Notes: generated by a model not told the origin, from the letters alone. Counted from the first letter of the stretch, positions 9,201-19,686 are shown. The stretch: DNA of 64,000 nt from a virus (IMGVR_UViG_3300028048_000038:320001-384000); one strand, 5' to 3'. A program made the numbers and translations.

Positions 9201-12200
9201 CCTTTGAAACCCAATCTTGATAATATTGCATTAAAATCATCCTAGAGTATATACTAATCTGATTTAAATAGGTACTTGCAAAGTCTCTTAATTCTTTTTG
9301 CATTTTAAGGTCATCCCCAATTGTCAACGGAGCGTTTATACCACTAGATTTACCAACAGAATCTTGAAGTATTGCTCCAAGTTGGAGAACAAGGAATCTA
9401 GGAAGATAAATAAACGTTTTATCCCCCTTTGTTTTTCTTTTTAATAAATAAGATAGAGTATTATAATTGGCACAATCAATACCCATCAAGAACTCATAAG
9501 GTGAAAAATCATTGTTTAGAACCGATGACTTATGGTTTATCTTACCATCATTACCATAATTGAAAACCTCACTTAAGAAGCAACTATTGATATATTTTCC
9601 ATTGATTTCAGTCTTGAAATAGTCCTCAAGGTCTTGTTTTGAACTAGTGTATTTTTTCTTGTTTCCATCTTTGTCTTTCAATATATTCCTATCTTTTCCG
9701 AAGACATAGAATGCATCTGTATTGAAAATCTTTGTACTTATTTTTTCACTTATGTTAAAGTCTTTGTCCTTTTTGCAGAATGACGAAACGCCTTCATCCT
9801 TGAATAAATTCTTATAATACCCCTCCAATGCATTATCTAGACTGCAAGAGTTTGAAATATTCTCTGAAATACCACTATAAGAGTTAAATGTTTCGGATAT
9901 TGCCACATCCATCATATTCTTGACCTTTGTATAATCATCAACAATTATCAAGTTATAATGTCCATTATAATCATCAGTAAGTGACTTGAAATCAAGGGAA
10001 TCTATTTGTTTTGTCTTCATGGCTAGAATGACATCACTATTTGAGAAATTCTCATTAGGACCATTAAACAAGTTATAGTTTTCCCTCATTGTATCAAATG
10101 ATATGTTCTGCACTTGATACATATAAGATTCACCGTTATAACCAGCTTGATTTGTAAACTTATATCTTCTCAACCATTTATCATCTGAAAATAGAGCCTT
10201 TGCTTCTTTACTTCCACTATCGAATGACCAAGGATATTTACCTTCTTTAGATTTCATTACACTTGTTATATAGTTGGAGTCAAATACACCATTATCAAGT
10301 TTAATCCATTCTCTAATGTCACTATTAGAAGTGGTATCAACACTCTTATAGAAGTTATGTGCTTCTACTCTACCCAAATTTTTAGCATATTTATGCCAAT
10401 CTTTGTTAAACTCATTTGCAAAGAAGTTAATGGATAGAATATCAAACATTCTAACAGCCACAGCACCTGCGAATTTATCCATAGTTTCTATGACATCATC
10501 GCCATATACATTTGACTTTAGGAAAAAGTCATAAGATGTCAACGGATACCTCACGACACCATGTTCAATACCCTTCTCAGCATCCATTCTATCTTTCTTC
10601 TTTTGCTCTATTTTTTCAGCCATTTGATGTCTCAACTGCATGAATTTCTCAGCAGCATTGAAGAACGTCTCAACAAGGTCAACCTCCTTAAATTGGTCTT
10701 TATCAAATTCGCCAATCCATACGTCTTGTTGCTTCTGCGTACCATCATCCTCTGTTATTGACTTTGTAACCCTAGGGAATGGCGGTATTAAAGTATCTTG
10801 AGAATCATCTTTTACGTCAGATAGGTTTCCTTCCTTACCAGTAGTCAATCCAAGACCATTAGCCGTTCTAGTTGCATCAGCCTTGATTTCATCTGTAACG
10901 GTGTAAATCATATGCATCAATGTCTCAACATGAGCCATTATAATCTTGGTGAAATTTTCAATGGTTGGTTTAAAACCCAATTGTCTTACAAGCTCTATGT
11001 TTCTATTGTGTATATCCTTGTTTCTCTTCTTCTCATTATAAGATTTGTTGGCATCGGCAGTTAGCTTGTTTATCCTAATCTGAATGCTTGTATAATCTAC
11101 ATCTATATGGAAACAATTTGTCTTCTGTACACTTCCATCATTGTATACAGTCTTCAATGTCTTTTGATGTCTTGCTGAACTTCCAAGGTTTTGTTCTCCA
11201 TCAATTCCAATACGGTTCATTACCATTTCATCGGCAATGTCCTTTGAAATTGGTGTGCTTTCATCATAACCATTGAATATGAACCTATTCTTGTCATTTA
11301 TGGTTACAGCATTAAATAAAGGCACATTAAGGTACTTGGAGAAATCTTGCGATAATTTCTCCAATGGATTTATATTAGCAAAAGTACTATTATATTCCTC
11401 AATCAACGCATATAAATCATTGTTTATTTTCTGCATTTCATTTGAGAACTGTTTTGCATCGTCAGATAGATTTTCAGATGTGTTATTACCATCTATCAAT
11501 ACAATAATTCTATCATATTCACCACTATTCAAAACCCTTATGAAGCAGTTGTCCTTACCATACTTCTTAACCACTTCCTTCCATAGTTGCTCATACCATG
11601 CCGTATAAGTGTTTTTAATGGCTTCTAGCTGTCTTCTTTCTTCGTCATGGGTGTCATCCTCACGAGTCATCGTTGTGCCGTTAGAACCGTCCCCTCCGTT
11701 TGTTATGATATCACTAATGCTACTCCATATCTCAAGCAATCTTGGCATCTCTTTTTCTTGTCCATATGCATCAGTAACCACAAAGTGATGATTCTGTTTC
11801 TGTTCCTCCCAATACTGTTCTCCTAGATAATCAGTATATGGCGCAAGCAAAAGCATTTCAGTGGTTATATCAGATAGGAATGAATACTTATAACCAATAA
11901 ACCTTACAGTCACATCGAAATTACCGTTTTCAGCATTGAAATCTGTCTCGAACTTATCACATGTAACCTCATAAGACACTGGTTTTCCGTAAAATCCTTT
12001 AACCGTTATATTGAACTTTGGATAAGGGAATTTGAAGAAACATTGGAAGAAACACTGTGCGACATCACTTGCATCAACAACCCCATTTGCAGTCAATTTA
12101 TCTAGACCACTAAACTCTCTTGGTGTAAATAAAGACATACCCCTAACGTCAGTGAACTGAACTGTAATGACTGGCAATACTGCGTTCTCGAAGTCGATGT

Positions 12201-12591
12201 TAACTGACTTTATACCAATCATTTCAGTAGTACCGTAATGTTTTATATCAGTAACATACATATCAGCATAGTTGGTTGTCAAATATGGTATGTTAAGGTT
12301 ATCTTTGATACTGTCATTTTTGGTTGAAGAAACTAGTGTACCACTCATGAAATTCACCTTTGTATTCTCCTTTGTGTTCTCCCAAGAAAGTGTTAGAAGC
12401 TGATTACCATCAGCCAATGATTGCCCTCTATTGCAAAGAACAGTTGAAATAGAAAGACCAATACAATAGTCTTCAGGGTCTATGACCTTATCATAAACCC
12501 TTCCATCTGTTGTCAAATATTCGCTATAATTGCTGATATTTTCTAAATCACTATTTGGTTCTACATATTGTACACTTGAATGTGCAGCCAT
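6238..12591 (-). CDS. baseplate hub / tail-associated peptidoglycan hydrolase (tail lysozyme + CHAP-like amidase)
   Basis: 2117 aa in the baseplate block. AAAGICGNIMQESGFN..GLCQW..WGYERPG fits phage tail lysozyme; C-terminal CAAYV..GDVAII..HACMF is a Cys/His papain-like motif; the N-terminus looks hub-like. Confidence 0.75.
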   Translation of the reverse strand: MAAHSSVQYVEPNSDLENISNYSEYLTTDGRVYDKVIDPEDYCIGLSISTVLCNRGQSLADGNQLLTLSWENTKENTKVNFMSGTLVSSTKNDSIKDNLNIPYLTTNYADMYVTDIKHYGTTEMIGIKSVNIDFENAVLPVITVQFTDVRGMSLFTPREFSGLDKLTANGVVDASDVAQCFFQCFFKFPYPKFNITVKGFYGKPVSYEVTCDKFETDFNAENGNFDVTVRFIGYKYSFLSDITTEMLLLAPYTDYLGEQYWEEQKQNHHFVVTDAYGQEKEMPRLLEIWSSISDIITNGGDGSNGTTMTREDDTHDEERRQLEAIKNTYTAWYEQLWKEVVKKYGKDNCFIRVLNSGEYDRIIVLIDGNNTSENLSDDAKQFSNEMQKINNDLYALIEEYNSTFANINPLEKLSQDFSKYLNVPLFNAVTINDKNRFIFNGYDESTPISKDIADEMVMNRIGIDGEQNLGSSARHQKTLKTVYNDGSVQKTNCFHIDVDYTSIQIRINKLTADANKSYNEKKRNKDIHNRNIELVRQLGFKPTIENFTKIIMAHVETLMHMIYTVTDEIKADATRTANGLGLTTGKEGNLSDVKDDSQDTLIPPFPRVTKSITEDDGTQKQQDVWIGEFDKDQFKEVDLVETFFNAAEKFMQLRHQMAEKIEQKKKDRMDAEKGIEHGVVRYPLTSYDFFLKSNVYGDDVIETMDKFAGAVAVRMFDILSINFFANEFNKDWHKYAKNLGRVEAHNFYKSVDTTSNSDIREWIKLDNGVFDSNYITSVMKSKEGKYPWSFDSGSKEAKALFSDDKWLRRYKFTNQAGYNGESYMYQVQNISFDTMRENYNLFNGPNENFSNSDVILAMKTKQIDSLDFKSLTDDYNGHYNLIIVDDYTKVKNMMDVAISETFNSYSGISENISNSCSLDNALEGYYKNLFKDEGVSSFCKKDKDFNISEKISTKIFNTDAFYVFGKDRNILKDKDGNKKKYTSSKQDLEDYFKTEINGKYINSCFLSEVFNYGNDGKINHKSSVLNNDFSPYEFLMGIDCANYNTLSYLLKRKTKGDKTFIYLPRFLVLQLGAILQDSVGKSSGINAPLTIGDDLKMQKELRDFASTYLNQISIYSRMILMQYYQDWVSKEFNDIKNKLSGENSKRNVAVADVEKGRVLLNQNSEDIKNLTNKMMLPILLVNGNVNHFVDDNRYCLEAKLYKVENDTVYQDYLDGFIDELNQLLGVDYKADENGNMVRRSKDANNTSDEMRMELYRYLKQIYDKWIPSSTEKDWNYQNFFDKSGADYQFYFIDSYYNKIGDKLLLNPQKLFERIDTLTSYSDIKSNVLSFLSYVYTDNRCMFKCIQNFIDLSKRESMENMFKPLPYSNAFDPKNIRNGQDFVVCYTYEPSKHLDIQGAEYEDDSFMLNNESKTPMSIRTRGAKGDFYTIPAFGVTYGKQYQSFFKKVSVNTRGAIQTEQSIMAKFSILNEKSDKNKNATQGQDMFDIYAGQSFTCTVEMMGCAWVQPMMYFVLLNVPMFRGSYQIYKVSHNITPGNMTTKFIGSRMPNVGNRLVKDVFISPEGDDTEYIPNDAVTFNNAMANNDNDCPYAVFPIFSTNTNGASASPRAQSAMTILTEDRYNLSAIAAAGICGNIMQESGFNEFAVNKSSFAAGLCQWMPAFHLFADMYNNRTSEYGHWSGGNETGLSKKSDVYELIKNKSFEAQIRFAIESVKNNNHNDFKNVYNKLTAATTVGEAVGIWLWGYERPGTAEAHQAQREKFAMDIYNVFTGGSQQNDSDKELSKMNEDIYELFFSAINKTVQNTESMRFELKNSYYPNKNDSNKVMMVSAANSQNNAKLAKLFDCILNTHEYFRYVNKLYWVYDNMLTNLIRIDVKLLPKDVPTNNQYVFFYDTGSRDSSGNASKINATVSDLSEDCKKSLKKYYDSYGEKNLRRLVPELKDPENLSEIDISDCASVGNDIIAMGSEISKGDAGFIDGWNVGVACDTLIRRAKPKYIKGQCGNCAAYVEYAIKAGGGPRMNCGDGKYATNLRYRGILKENGFVMIDSGIVKPYGDAKIPLQSGDVAIIGKDALTEGGKYHACMFSSQGWISDFKQKHMSPYDSSLPYAIYRFHNKQKA

Positions 12592-12601
12592 CTATTCTTG
12601 T

Positions 12602-12919
12602 TTAATTTAAACCGTATAATTTTATATAATTGTTTATGCTATCTTCATAACCTTGTATTGCAATATCCAATGGATAAGGAATACGTATTTTTGAATTGTT
12701 TTCTATTCTATATTCCAAAGAGCCTAAACTTGGATTGGCTTGTAATATAAGCCAACCGAAATTAGGGTCATTGTAGTACTGATAAGATAATAAATCCAAT
12801 CTAGTCTTACCAACCTCATAGTATGTATAACAGTCAGTACCTCTTACTGGAATCCCAATAAAAGGTACATTCTTATAACTACCATTTGAAACAAATGATT
12901 TATATCTGCTGTAATTCAT
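12602..12919 (-). CDS. baseplate wedge protein (gp53/LysM-like, tail-X type)
   Basis: RLDLLSYQYYNDPNFGWLILQANP...IRIP pattern; position in the baseplate block. Confidence 0.7.
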   Translation of the reverse strand: MNYSRYKSFVSNGSYKNVPFIGIPVRGTDCYTYYEVGKTRLDLLSYQYYNDPNFGWLILQANPSLGSLEYRIENNSKIRIPYPLDIAIQGYEDSINNYIKLYGLN

Positions 12920-12924
12920 AAAAA

Positions 12925-15900
12925 TTATTTAGTATTACCATTTTTAGTTATCTTTTGTCCATTGTCTCCATACACCTCAGATACATCTACTGTGCCTTTC
13001 TTAGTTAAATTAGGATATACATATCCCTTAAATTTAACTGGTCTTCCACTACCATTAGGGTCATATTCAACCATTTCAGCACGATTATCATATACTCCAG
13101 CATTCGCATAATAATTAAATGAAACTGCATTTTGAAGACGTGCAATAGGTCCAGCAAGGTCACTACCACCAAGGAATGTGAATGTTATTGACACCTTTGC
13201 GAACATCGGCATTACACCAATACCCTCTGGGTTCAAATCCCATTGTGTATTATCATACTGAATATTCAAACTGTTAATGATAATCTTTGTATTATAGAAA
13301 TCACCAACTCTCAACACACAAACTGGAGGTCTACCAAATGCCAAGTTATAGGCTGTAATCTGATTTGGATTACCATTCTCAATGGTTGAGCCTTGTCTTG
13401 TACATTGCTGCAAGAATGTCAGCCTAGAGTTGAAACCCTCTGGCGATATCGAATGGAATGCTGGGTCAAAGTATCTAATCTTTTCACTAATCAAGTGATG
13501 CAAGAATGGAGCTTCTTTATCAAGTAACTCAAAGAATTCACCCTCATTATCATATCTTTGTACAACACTAGTTTCAGCAGTATCTGATGGTTGTGGCTCT
13601 TTATAAATGAACTTCCCACTCTTAGGGTCAAACCTATAATTCATCATATCATTCTTTGGGTCTGAAAGTACACTATATGGACTTACTTTAAGACCACTAA
13701 CAGAAAGATTGTTTAACTTATTGGAAGTTATACCATTTGGAATCTCCACCTTATCAATATTCTGCTTTGCGAGAGTTTCAACCGCCTTTGATACTGATAA
13801 CTCATTATATTCAATGATTACAGAAGCACTTCTCCATAACTTAGTGTTAAGTTCACTGTTTCCTCCAACATTTGTTACTGGTTTTTCTCTTTGATTCTTA
13901 ATAATAGGTTCTTCTGATTGAACACCCTTAAATTGGTCAAATGATTCAAGCCATTTTTTAAGTGTGTTTGCTCTATTCTTAGCTAGGTCATTATTTGATG
14001 ATTTATAACCTTGATATGATGCATGACCAAAATATTTAAGGTTAGTTATTTCATATCTATTTTTATCAGTTAAAATCTTTTTAAGTTCCTTTGATTTATC
14101 AGTGTTTGGCACTACTTTATTTGAAGTTTCCAATGCTGCGAACAAGTCGCTGAAACTATATAATGATTCTTTCTCTAATTGGAATTCTGTAACGGCTGTT
14201 GCAGAAGCATATCCAGTTGAATTAAGTTTAAAAGACTGTGTATCCAAGTAGCTGTCGCTATTTGAAAAGTCTTGATTTTCATATGCTTTATCAACTCTGT
14301 AGTAGTAACGCTTACGATACCAAAGATGGTCTTCACCAGTTAAGTTATTACCATATGCACTACCAAGACCCATTGCTTGAGAACCTATAATCTTAGCTAA
14401 TTTATAATTCTTGGTCGTAGAACTGCTAATCTCTCTTTCTTCATCATTTAAAACAGTAGTAGGATATGTGTATGTAACTGTAATTGTATTACCATTTTCG
14501 TCAGTTAAATATTGCGCTTTTCTTTCTTTAGATGTTTTATCAGCATATGACATAACTATTGTGCTATGCTTCGAAGCATCAGGAACATTCCAAGCTATTT
14601 GTTCATCTACTATTGAAATACCCTTAGAACCATTCATTTCATATCCTGTATTTGTTGATGCTGATAAAAAATTAATTGTTGTTGGAATATCAATTGCATT
14701 TTTAGTACCTTTACCTTCATCATCAATATCAACATATTTTTGTGTACCGACACCAGCCATCAAATACCACACTGGATTAACAGTACCACCATCATCCTTA
14801 CCACTATAGTTGTTAGGATAGAATAATAATACTTGTATCTTCTTAGGAGTTCTAGTTGGTGTTTCATCTGGAGCAAGAATCTCTAGTTTAGGTGTTGGGT
14901 CTTTCTTTTCTTCAACCTTTGGCTCTTCCTTTGCCTTATAGAAAGTCTGAGGAGTTGCTGTAAGGATATCACAACCAGCGAAGAAACGAAGTAATGTATT
15001 CTCTTGATTATACTTGTTGTCAACACCGCCACTATTTCCTTCGGCTAGTTCCCTACCATTATTCTTCATTCCATTGCGCTTGTGACCAGTCCAATAATCA
15101 ATTACTGAAGGATGGTCAATTATAAGAGTGAATGATAGATTACCTCTTCTCTCTGTATTTGTGTATGTATATAACCCCTCACCTCTACCGATGAATTGGT
15201 TATTATTCCAATTAACAGATACATCCTCATTAAATGTTAAATCATATGGTGGAAACCACATAATTCGACCTCCAAGTGGTCCTCTCTGCTCTGCTGAAAG
15301 ACCTTGTTGTTCATATTCCTTAACCTTTGCCTTATCATCTCTCCAAGCAAGGTTTTCGATTGAGAACATGCATCTCTTTATAGAAATTGAATCCTCACTA
15401 TCTTGTTTACTATCAAAATAATCCTTAATCTTTGCTGTTGGTGCAATATTAACGAACCCATTCTTATAATTAAGAACTCCATATTTATCCAAACGTCTGC
15501 TTCCACCATCGAAATCTTCATCACCAATTGTTCTGAAGCCAACGCTTGAACCAAGACTTGTCTCATTCTTCTCAAGATTTTCAGCACTATCAACATAACT
15601 GAAAGGTCTTATTAACCTTTGAATTTGATTATATTGATGATGATAAGTCCACACTCTACAATATGGGTTATCATACCCATTCTCTGTTGTAGGTGTAATC
15701 TTTAACAAGTTCCTACCATGAGACATTCCATATGTCTTTGATATAGCCGTTTGTGTTGAATTTGTACTACTCTTAGAATCGTCCGAATTGGTATGAAATC
15801 TAGCTACAAGCGTCTTGTATTTTCCGTGATTGAAGTTATCATTTGTCTTCTTAATCAAATCACAAGTAGATAATTCTGGACCGTAGCTGTATATTGAATT

Positions 15901-16368
15901 TGTATATGTTCCAGGATTACCACTATCCAAATCGCCTCTATATCCAATCTTCTTATTGTTTGTGACACCATCGTTTGACTCTGAATAGTGTATTGATGTG
16001 CCACCACCGTCACTTGATATTGATGTGGATTCGAATTTCATGTTAGGAAACCATCTATCCAATAACATAAGAGGGTCATGATATGGGTCTGCAAATCTAA
16101 CACTTGGTACTTCTTTATAGAATGTAAACTTAGGACAACCTTCGTTTATTGTACTAGGCACACTTACACCTTGTTGGAAATTCCTTCTCACATGGTCAAA
16201 TATGAATGGATAGTCTTTTCCCAACAAACTAATAGGCTCACGTCCAAGTGCTTGCACAATAAACATGATGTCATCATAAGAAGCAGTCATTCCAATCGTT
16301 CTAGATATGAAATCACTGTTTGTCAATAAATCTGTAGCTGCATTCTTTATAGAATCACCTATACTCAT
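12925..16368 (-). CDS. baseplate/tube-initiator protein with OmpA-like peptidoglycan-binding domain
   Basis: YTYTNTERRGNLSFTL and PPVCVLRVGDFYNTKIIINSLNIQYD are tube-initiator-like; GHAS..NNDLAKNRANTLKKWL..WRSASV is OmpA-like. Confidence 0.6.
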   Translation of the reverse strand: MSIGDSIKNAATDLLTNSDFISRTIGMTASYDDIMFIVQALGREPISLLGKDYPFIFDHVRRNFQQGVSVPSTINEGCPKFTFYKEVPSVRFADPYHDPLMLLDRWFPNMKFESTSISSDGGGTSIHYSESNDGVTNNKKIGYRGDLDSGNPGTYTNSIYSYGPELSTCDLIKKTNDNFNHGKYKTLVARFHTNSDDSKSSTNSTQTAISKTYGMSHGRNLLKITPTTENGYDNPYCRVWTYHHQYNQIQRLIRPFSYVDSAENLEKNETSLGSSVGFRTIGDEDFDGGSRRLDKYGVLNYKNGFVNIAPTAKIKDYFDSKQDSEDSISIKRCMFSIENLAWRDDKAKVKEYEQQGLSAEQRGPLGGRIMWFPPYDLTFNEDVSVNWNNNQFIGRGEGLYTYTNTERRGNLSFTLIIDHPSVIDYWTGHKRNGMKNNGRELAEGNSGGVDNKYNQENTLLRFFAGCDILTATPQTFYKAKEEPKVEEKKDPTPKLEILAPDETPTRTPKKIQVLLFYPNNYSGKDDGGTVNPVWYLMAGVGTQKYVDIDDEGKGTKNAIDIPTTINFLSASTNTGYEMNGSKGISIVDEQIAWNVPDASKHSTIVMSYADKTSKERKAQYLTDENGNTITVTYTYPTTVLNDEEREISSSTTKNYKLAKIIGSQAMGLGSAYGNNLTGEDHLWYRKRYYYRVDKAYENQDFSNSDSYLDTQSFKLNSTGYASATAVTEFQLEKESLYSFSDLFAALETSNKVVPNTDKSKELKKILTDKNRYEITNLKYFGHASYQGYKSSNNDLAKNRANTLKKWLESFDQFKGVQSEEPIIKNQREKPVTNVGGNSELNTKLWRSASVIIEYNELSVSKAVETLAKQNIDKVEIPNGITSNKLNNLSVSGLKVSPYSVLSDPKNDMMNYRFDPKSGKFIYKEPQPSDTAETSVVQRYDNEGEFFELLDKEAPFLHHLISEKIRYFDPAFHSISPEGFNSRLTFLQQCTRQGSTIENGNPNQITAYNLAFGRPPVCVLRVGDFYNTKIIINSLNIQYDNTQWDLNPEGIGVMPMFAKVSITFTFLGGSDLAGPIARLQNAVSFNYYANAGVYDNRAEMVEYDPNGSGRPVKFKGYVYPNLTKKGTVDVSEVYGDNGQKITKNGNTK

Positions 16369-16407
16369 ATTATAAAAAATAATCTATATATTGTTTTATT
16401 TAAACGC

Positions 16408-18993
16408 TTAATGTTTTATCTTACCATACATACTTGTTTGTGACGGATAGCCATTAACTGTTGCCAAGTCATTGTTTAACATACCTCCATTGATGTCCCT
16501 ATTGATAGACTCTCTAATCATATTTTTAATCTGAGTCATAAATGCATAGTCATTAAGTAAGTCACGACCATTGAGAGACTTAGAGTAATTTCCCGCTTCA
16601 AGACGTAATGTTCCATTTATATTGATATTGAAGTCCTTAACTGTTACTGTGTTGCCATTTACATTTGATGTCTCAGTTCTATTTGGTTTGTAAATATATT
16701 CAGCCTCACCAAGAGAGTTCTTTGGCTTAACTGGTGTTTCACCAAATACAGCATTGAACTGTTGTGGAGTGATTACAGCCTCGCCACTATTTGCCAATAT
16801 TGGCACTTTATCACCACTGTATGAGTTTCCTCCAATAACACCACCTTCAGCATGTTTTTCGCTACTGCTAAACATATCACCAATGAGTTTTGTTGGAGAC
16901 CAATCTTTACCAAATAATTCGCCTATGCCTCTAACCATCCAAGATATTGGATTATTATCAACAAGCCATTTAACGCCATTTAGAACTGTTTTCCCAAAGC
17001 TCTTCAAGCCATCCAATATTGGGTCCCAATATTTACCAATGAATTCACCAGCAAATTTTCCAACTGCTCCACCAATCATGCCGCCAAGAGGTCCAAAGAA
17101 AAATGTGCCTAAAACAGTACCAACTCCTTGTCCAACAGCGCCACCAACTTCTGAATTCCTATCAATTCTAGCTTGCTCCAATGCCTTTGTTTTATCAGCT
17201 TGAGACATGTTAGAATTGTTAATTTCATTTATTCTATCATTGTATTTACCTTGAGCACTAAATCCTTGATATGCTGATAATCCAAGTCCTAACGCAGCAC
17301 CTCCAACATTAGCTAATTTTTGTCCACTAGATAGCCACTTAAAGCCACTAAAAGGTGCTTTTAACATTGATGCAAATCTTCCACTTCCCCCCATTCGAGA
17401 GTCTTGATAGCCAATTCGCAATGCATCAAATGAGTCTTTTCCAGCATTCCAAAGCCATTTACCGCCACGTCCAATACCATTTGCCGCACCACTAGCTGCT
17501 TTTCCACCAAGTCCTTTAGTTCCTCCAAATAAAGTGTTACCTATACTAAGGATTTTACTACCTATTATTGCTCCAAGTGTAACTGGCCAGTTTTCAATTA
17601 ACCATTTTGAAACCTTTACAATGCCACTAGCAATTGTTTTAAGGGTATCCCTATTATTCTTAATCCAATTATATATTTCCTTGGCAGATTTACCGAATTC
17701 TTGTGCAAGTGGTAACAACTTAGCTTTCGCTGCTTCTCCAAACTTCTTCAAGTCTCCTTGGAATGTTGGGAACATTCCTTCAATGAATTTACCAAACATT
17801 GCCATGATGGAATTCTTGATACCAGTTAATATCTCATTGATTGATGAAAGACTTCTAGCATTTTCTTCCATGATGTCACGGTCAGACATGCCTTGGTATT
17901 TCATCATTTCCTCAAGAACAGCTTTATCAATAGTTCCACCACTACTTAAGTCAACTTCCTTACCTCCAGTTGTTGTAAACATAACTTTACCATTTGCAAC
18001 ATTTGACTTATTAATTAAGAAGTCTTGTTGTTCTTTGGTAAGTCCATTCATTATGCTTGAACTTATATTTCTTTCCTTATATGCGTTTGATGCTTGTTTC
18101 TTTGCGCTACCAACCAATTCATCTGGATTCAAATTCATTGCCTTTGCAGCATTCCTCAACATATCCATCATCATTGGGTCAACTGTTGCGATTCCCTTTT
18201 GAGCATCGAACTTGGCAGCACCTTGAGCCATTCCTATAAGTCTCTTTTGGAATGCTTCTGGGTCAGCATTTGCTTCGTATGCCATATCAAGTGGATTTCC
18301 ACCAAGCATTGCGAATTGTCCACCAAGCATATTCAATTTCGCTGATGCTTGTATTGCATCGTCAATTTCCATGAATGCATTGGCTGCTGATTCAACAGAG
18401 TTAAGGCTTAATCCAACCTTCTCAGCTTGCATTGCCATACGAGTAAGTCCTTCAATACCAGTACGGAATGAAAGTTTGTTTGCCATGCTCAAGTTATTAG
18501 CAATCTTTTCACTAACCTTCTGAGCATTAAGACCACTCTTTGCAGCAGTAGCATAAGCCTTAGACACAGCACCTTGAACGGTATCGAGTTGTCCACCCAT
18601 ACCATTCATCATCTGTTCAGTGAACTTGGTTACTGTACTAGAACCAACAAGCTTGTTTAACTGTAGGAAACCTTCAGCTTGAGACTCATTGAGCATCAAC
18701 TGTCTGCTTGTGGCTATGGATATGTTTCTCTGTAACTCCTTTACTTGTTCGGCAGCGACACCATACTTCATCGCAAGCTTTTCGGTACGGTCTGTTAATA
18801 CCTCCGTATAAGCTTGCGCTTCCTTGGCGTTCATACCCATTTCACGTGCAAATGCAATACCTTCTTGATGGAACTGCATAGCACTATTAGTACCACTCTT
18901 TATGAGGGTATTAAGGTATGAAAAGGCACTTGCAAGTGTACCACGTATAATACCAGCTGTGGCTATTAAAGTCTGTGCTAATAATTTATTCAT
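16408..18993 (-). CDS. tail tape measure protein
   Basis: 861 aa, Ala/Gly-rich helical, glycine-zipper GGAVGQGVGTVLG..GGMIGGAVG, C-terminal HAEGGVIGG..GDKVPILANSGEAVIT; lies between chaperone and baseplate genes. Confidence 0.8.
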   Translation of the reverse strand: MNKLLAQTLIATAGIIRGTLASAFSYLNTLIKSGTNSAMQFHQEGIAFAREMGMNAKEAQAYTEVLTDRTEKLAMKYGVAAEQVKELQRNISIATSRQLMLNESQAEGFLQLNKLVGSSTVTKFTEQMMNGMGGQLDTVQGAVSKAYATAAKSGLNAQKVSEKIANNLSMANKLSFRTGIEGLTRMAMQAEKVGLSLNSVESAANAFMEIDDAIQASAKLNMLGGQFAMLGGNPLDMAYEANADPEAFQKRLIGMAQGAAKFDAQKGIATVDPMMMDMLRNAAKAMNLNPDELVGSAKKQASNAYKERNISSSIMNGLTKEQQDFLINKSNVANGKVMFTTTGGKEVDLSSGGTIDKAVLEEMMKYQGMSDRDIMEENARSLSSINEILTGIKNSIMAMFGKFIEGMFPTFQGDLKKFGEAAKAKLLPLAQEFGKSAKEIYNWIKNNRDTLKTIASGIVKVSKWLIENWPVTLGAIIGSKILSIGNTLFGGTKGLGGKAASGAANGIGRGGKWLWNAGKDSFDALRIGYQDSRMGGSGRFASMLKAPFSGFKWLSSGQKLANVGGAALGLGLSAYQGFSAQGKYNDRINEINNSNMSQADKTKALEQARIDRNSEVGGAVGQGVGTVLGTFFFGPLGGMIGGAVGKFAGEFIGKYWDPILDGLKSFGKTVLNGVKWLVDNNPISWMVRGIGELFGKDWSPTKLIGDMFSSSEKHAEGGVIGGNSYSGDKVPILANSGEAVITPQQFNAVFGETPVKPKNSLGEAEYIYKPNRTETSNVNGNTVTVKDFNININGTLRLEAGNYSKSLNGRDLLNDYAFMTQIKNMIRESINRDINGGMLNNDLATVNGYPSQTSMYGKIKH

Positions 18994-19020
18994 TTAAGAT
19001 ATATACCTATTTAAATTATC

Positions 19021-19029
19021 TATAAATAT
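19021..19029 (-). promoter_or_regulatory. putative late promoter motif ATATTTATA (tape measure operon)
   Basis: Sense-strand ATATTTATA about 28 nt upstream of the ATG; recurs before most structural genes. Confidence 0.6.
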
Positions 19030-19058
19030 GATATTTATCATTTTTTAACATTTATTTC

Positions 19059-19091
19059 TTTGTCAATTCAAAATAATTTCGTATCTTTGCA
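19059..19091 (+). promoter_or_regulatory. Bacteroidota-type promoter
   Basis: TTTG (19059) ... TATCTTTGCA (19082-19091). Confidence 0.7.
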
Positions 19092-19114
19092 TCACAATTA
19101 AAAAAATAAATGAC

Positions 19115-19264
19115 ATGAGATTTTACGAAGATTGGGGAGGTTTTATTTGGGAGTACAATTCATTTGGTGAGTTTATCAAGTGCTTCATTGCAAGAACACT
19201 CAGTGCAATTGTTACATTTGGGCTTATGCTTGTAGTACTTTATTTAATAGGTAAATACTGTTGA
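19115..19264 (+). CDS. small membrane protein (49 aa, not in ORF track)
   Basis: MRFYEDWGGFIWEYNSFGEFIKCFIARTLSAIVTFGLMLVVLYLIGKYC, directly after a promoter; C-terminal hydrophobic helix. Confidence 0.55.
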   Translation: MRFYEDWGGFIWEYNSFGEFIKCFIARTLSAIVTFGLMLVVLYLIGKYC

Positions 19265-19269
19265 TTATC

Positions 19270-19686
19270 ATGGAGATTACTAGAGATACGATTTATATAT
19301 CTTTTCATCTTTATAATTTTGAATACTTTGGCAATAAGTTGCCAGCACCGAATTTCAAGGTTAGACATTCATACAGAACATTGGGATTTTTCTCTTGCGA
19401 GTATGACGAGGATGGATATATGTTCAATCAAACCATTGAGATAAGTGATAGTTATGATTACACTGAGTCTCAGTTAAGGGACATTCTTGTACACGAAATG
19501 ATTCATTATTATCTCGCTTATATGGGAATCGACCCACAATGTAGTCATGGAACTGAATTCAAGAGGATGACTAATGATTTTAATAGAAAATATGGCATGA
19601 ATATTACATCAACGATTGACCTCACACCATATGAAATTAAAAAGGGAAATTCAAAGTTAATGTTCACACTTTCAACGCTTTTCTGA
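19270..19686 (+). CDS. SprT-like zinc metalloprotease
   Basis: YF..KLP, TLGFF, ILVHEMIHYY, HGTEFK match the SprT family pattern. Confidence 0.8.
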   Translation: MEITRDTIYISFHLYNFEYFGNKLPAPNFKVRHSYRTLGFFSCEYDEDGYMFNQTIEISDSYDYTESQLRDILVHEMIHYYLAYMGIDPQCSHGTEFKRMTNDFNRKYGMNITSTIDLTPYEIKKGNSKLMFTLSTLF

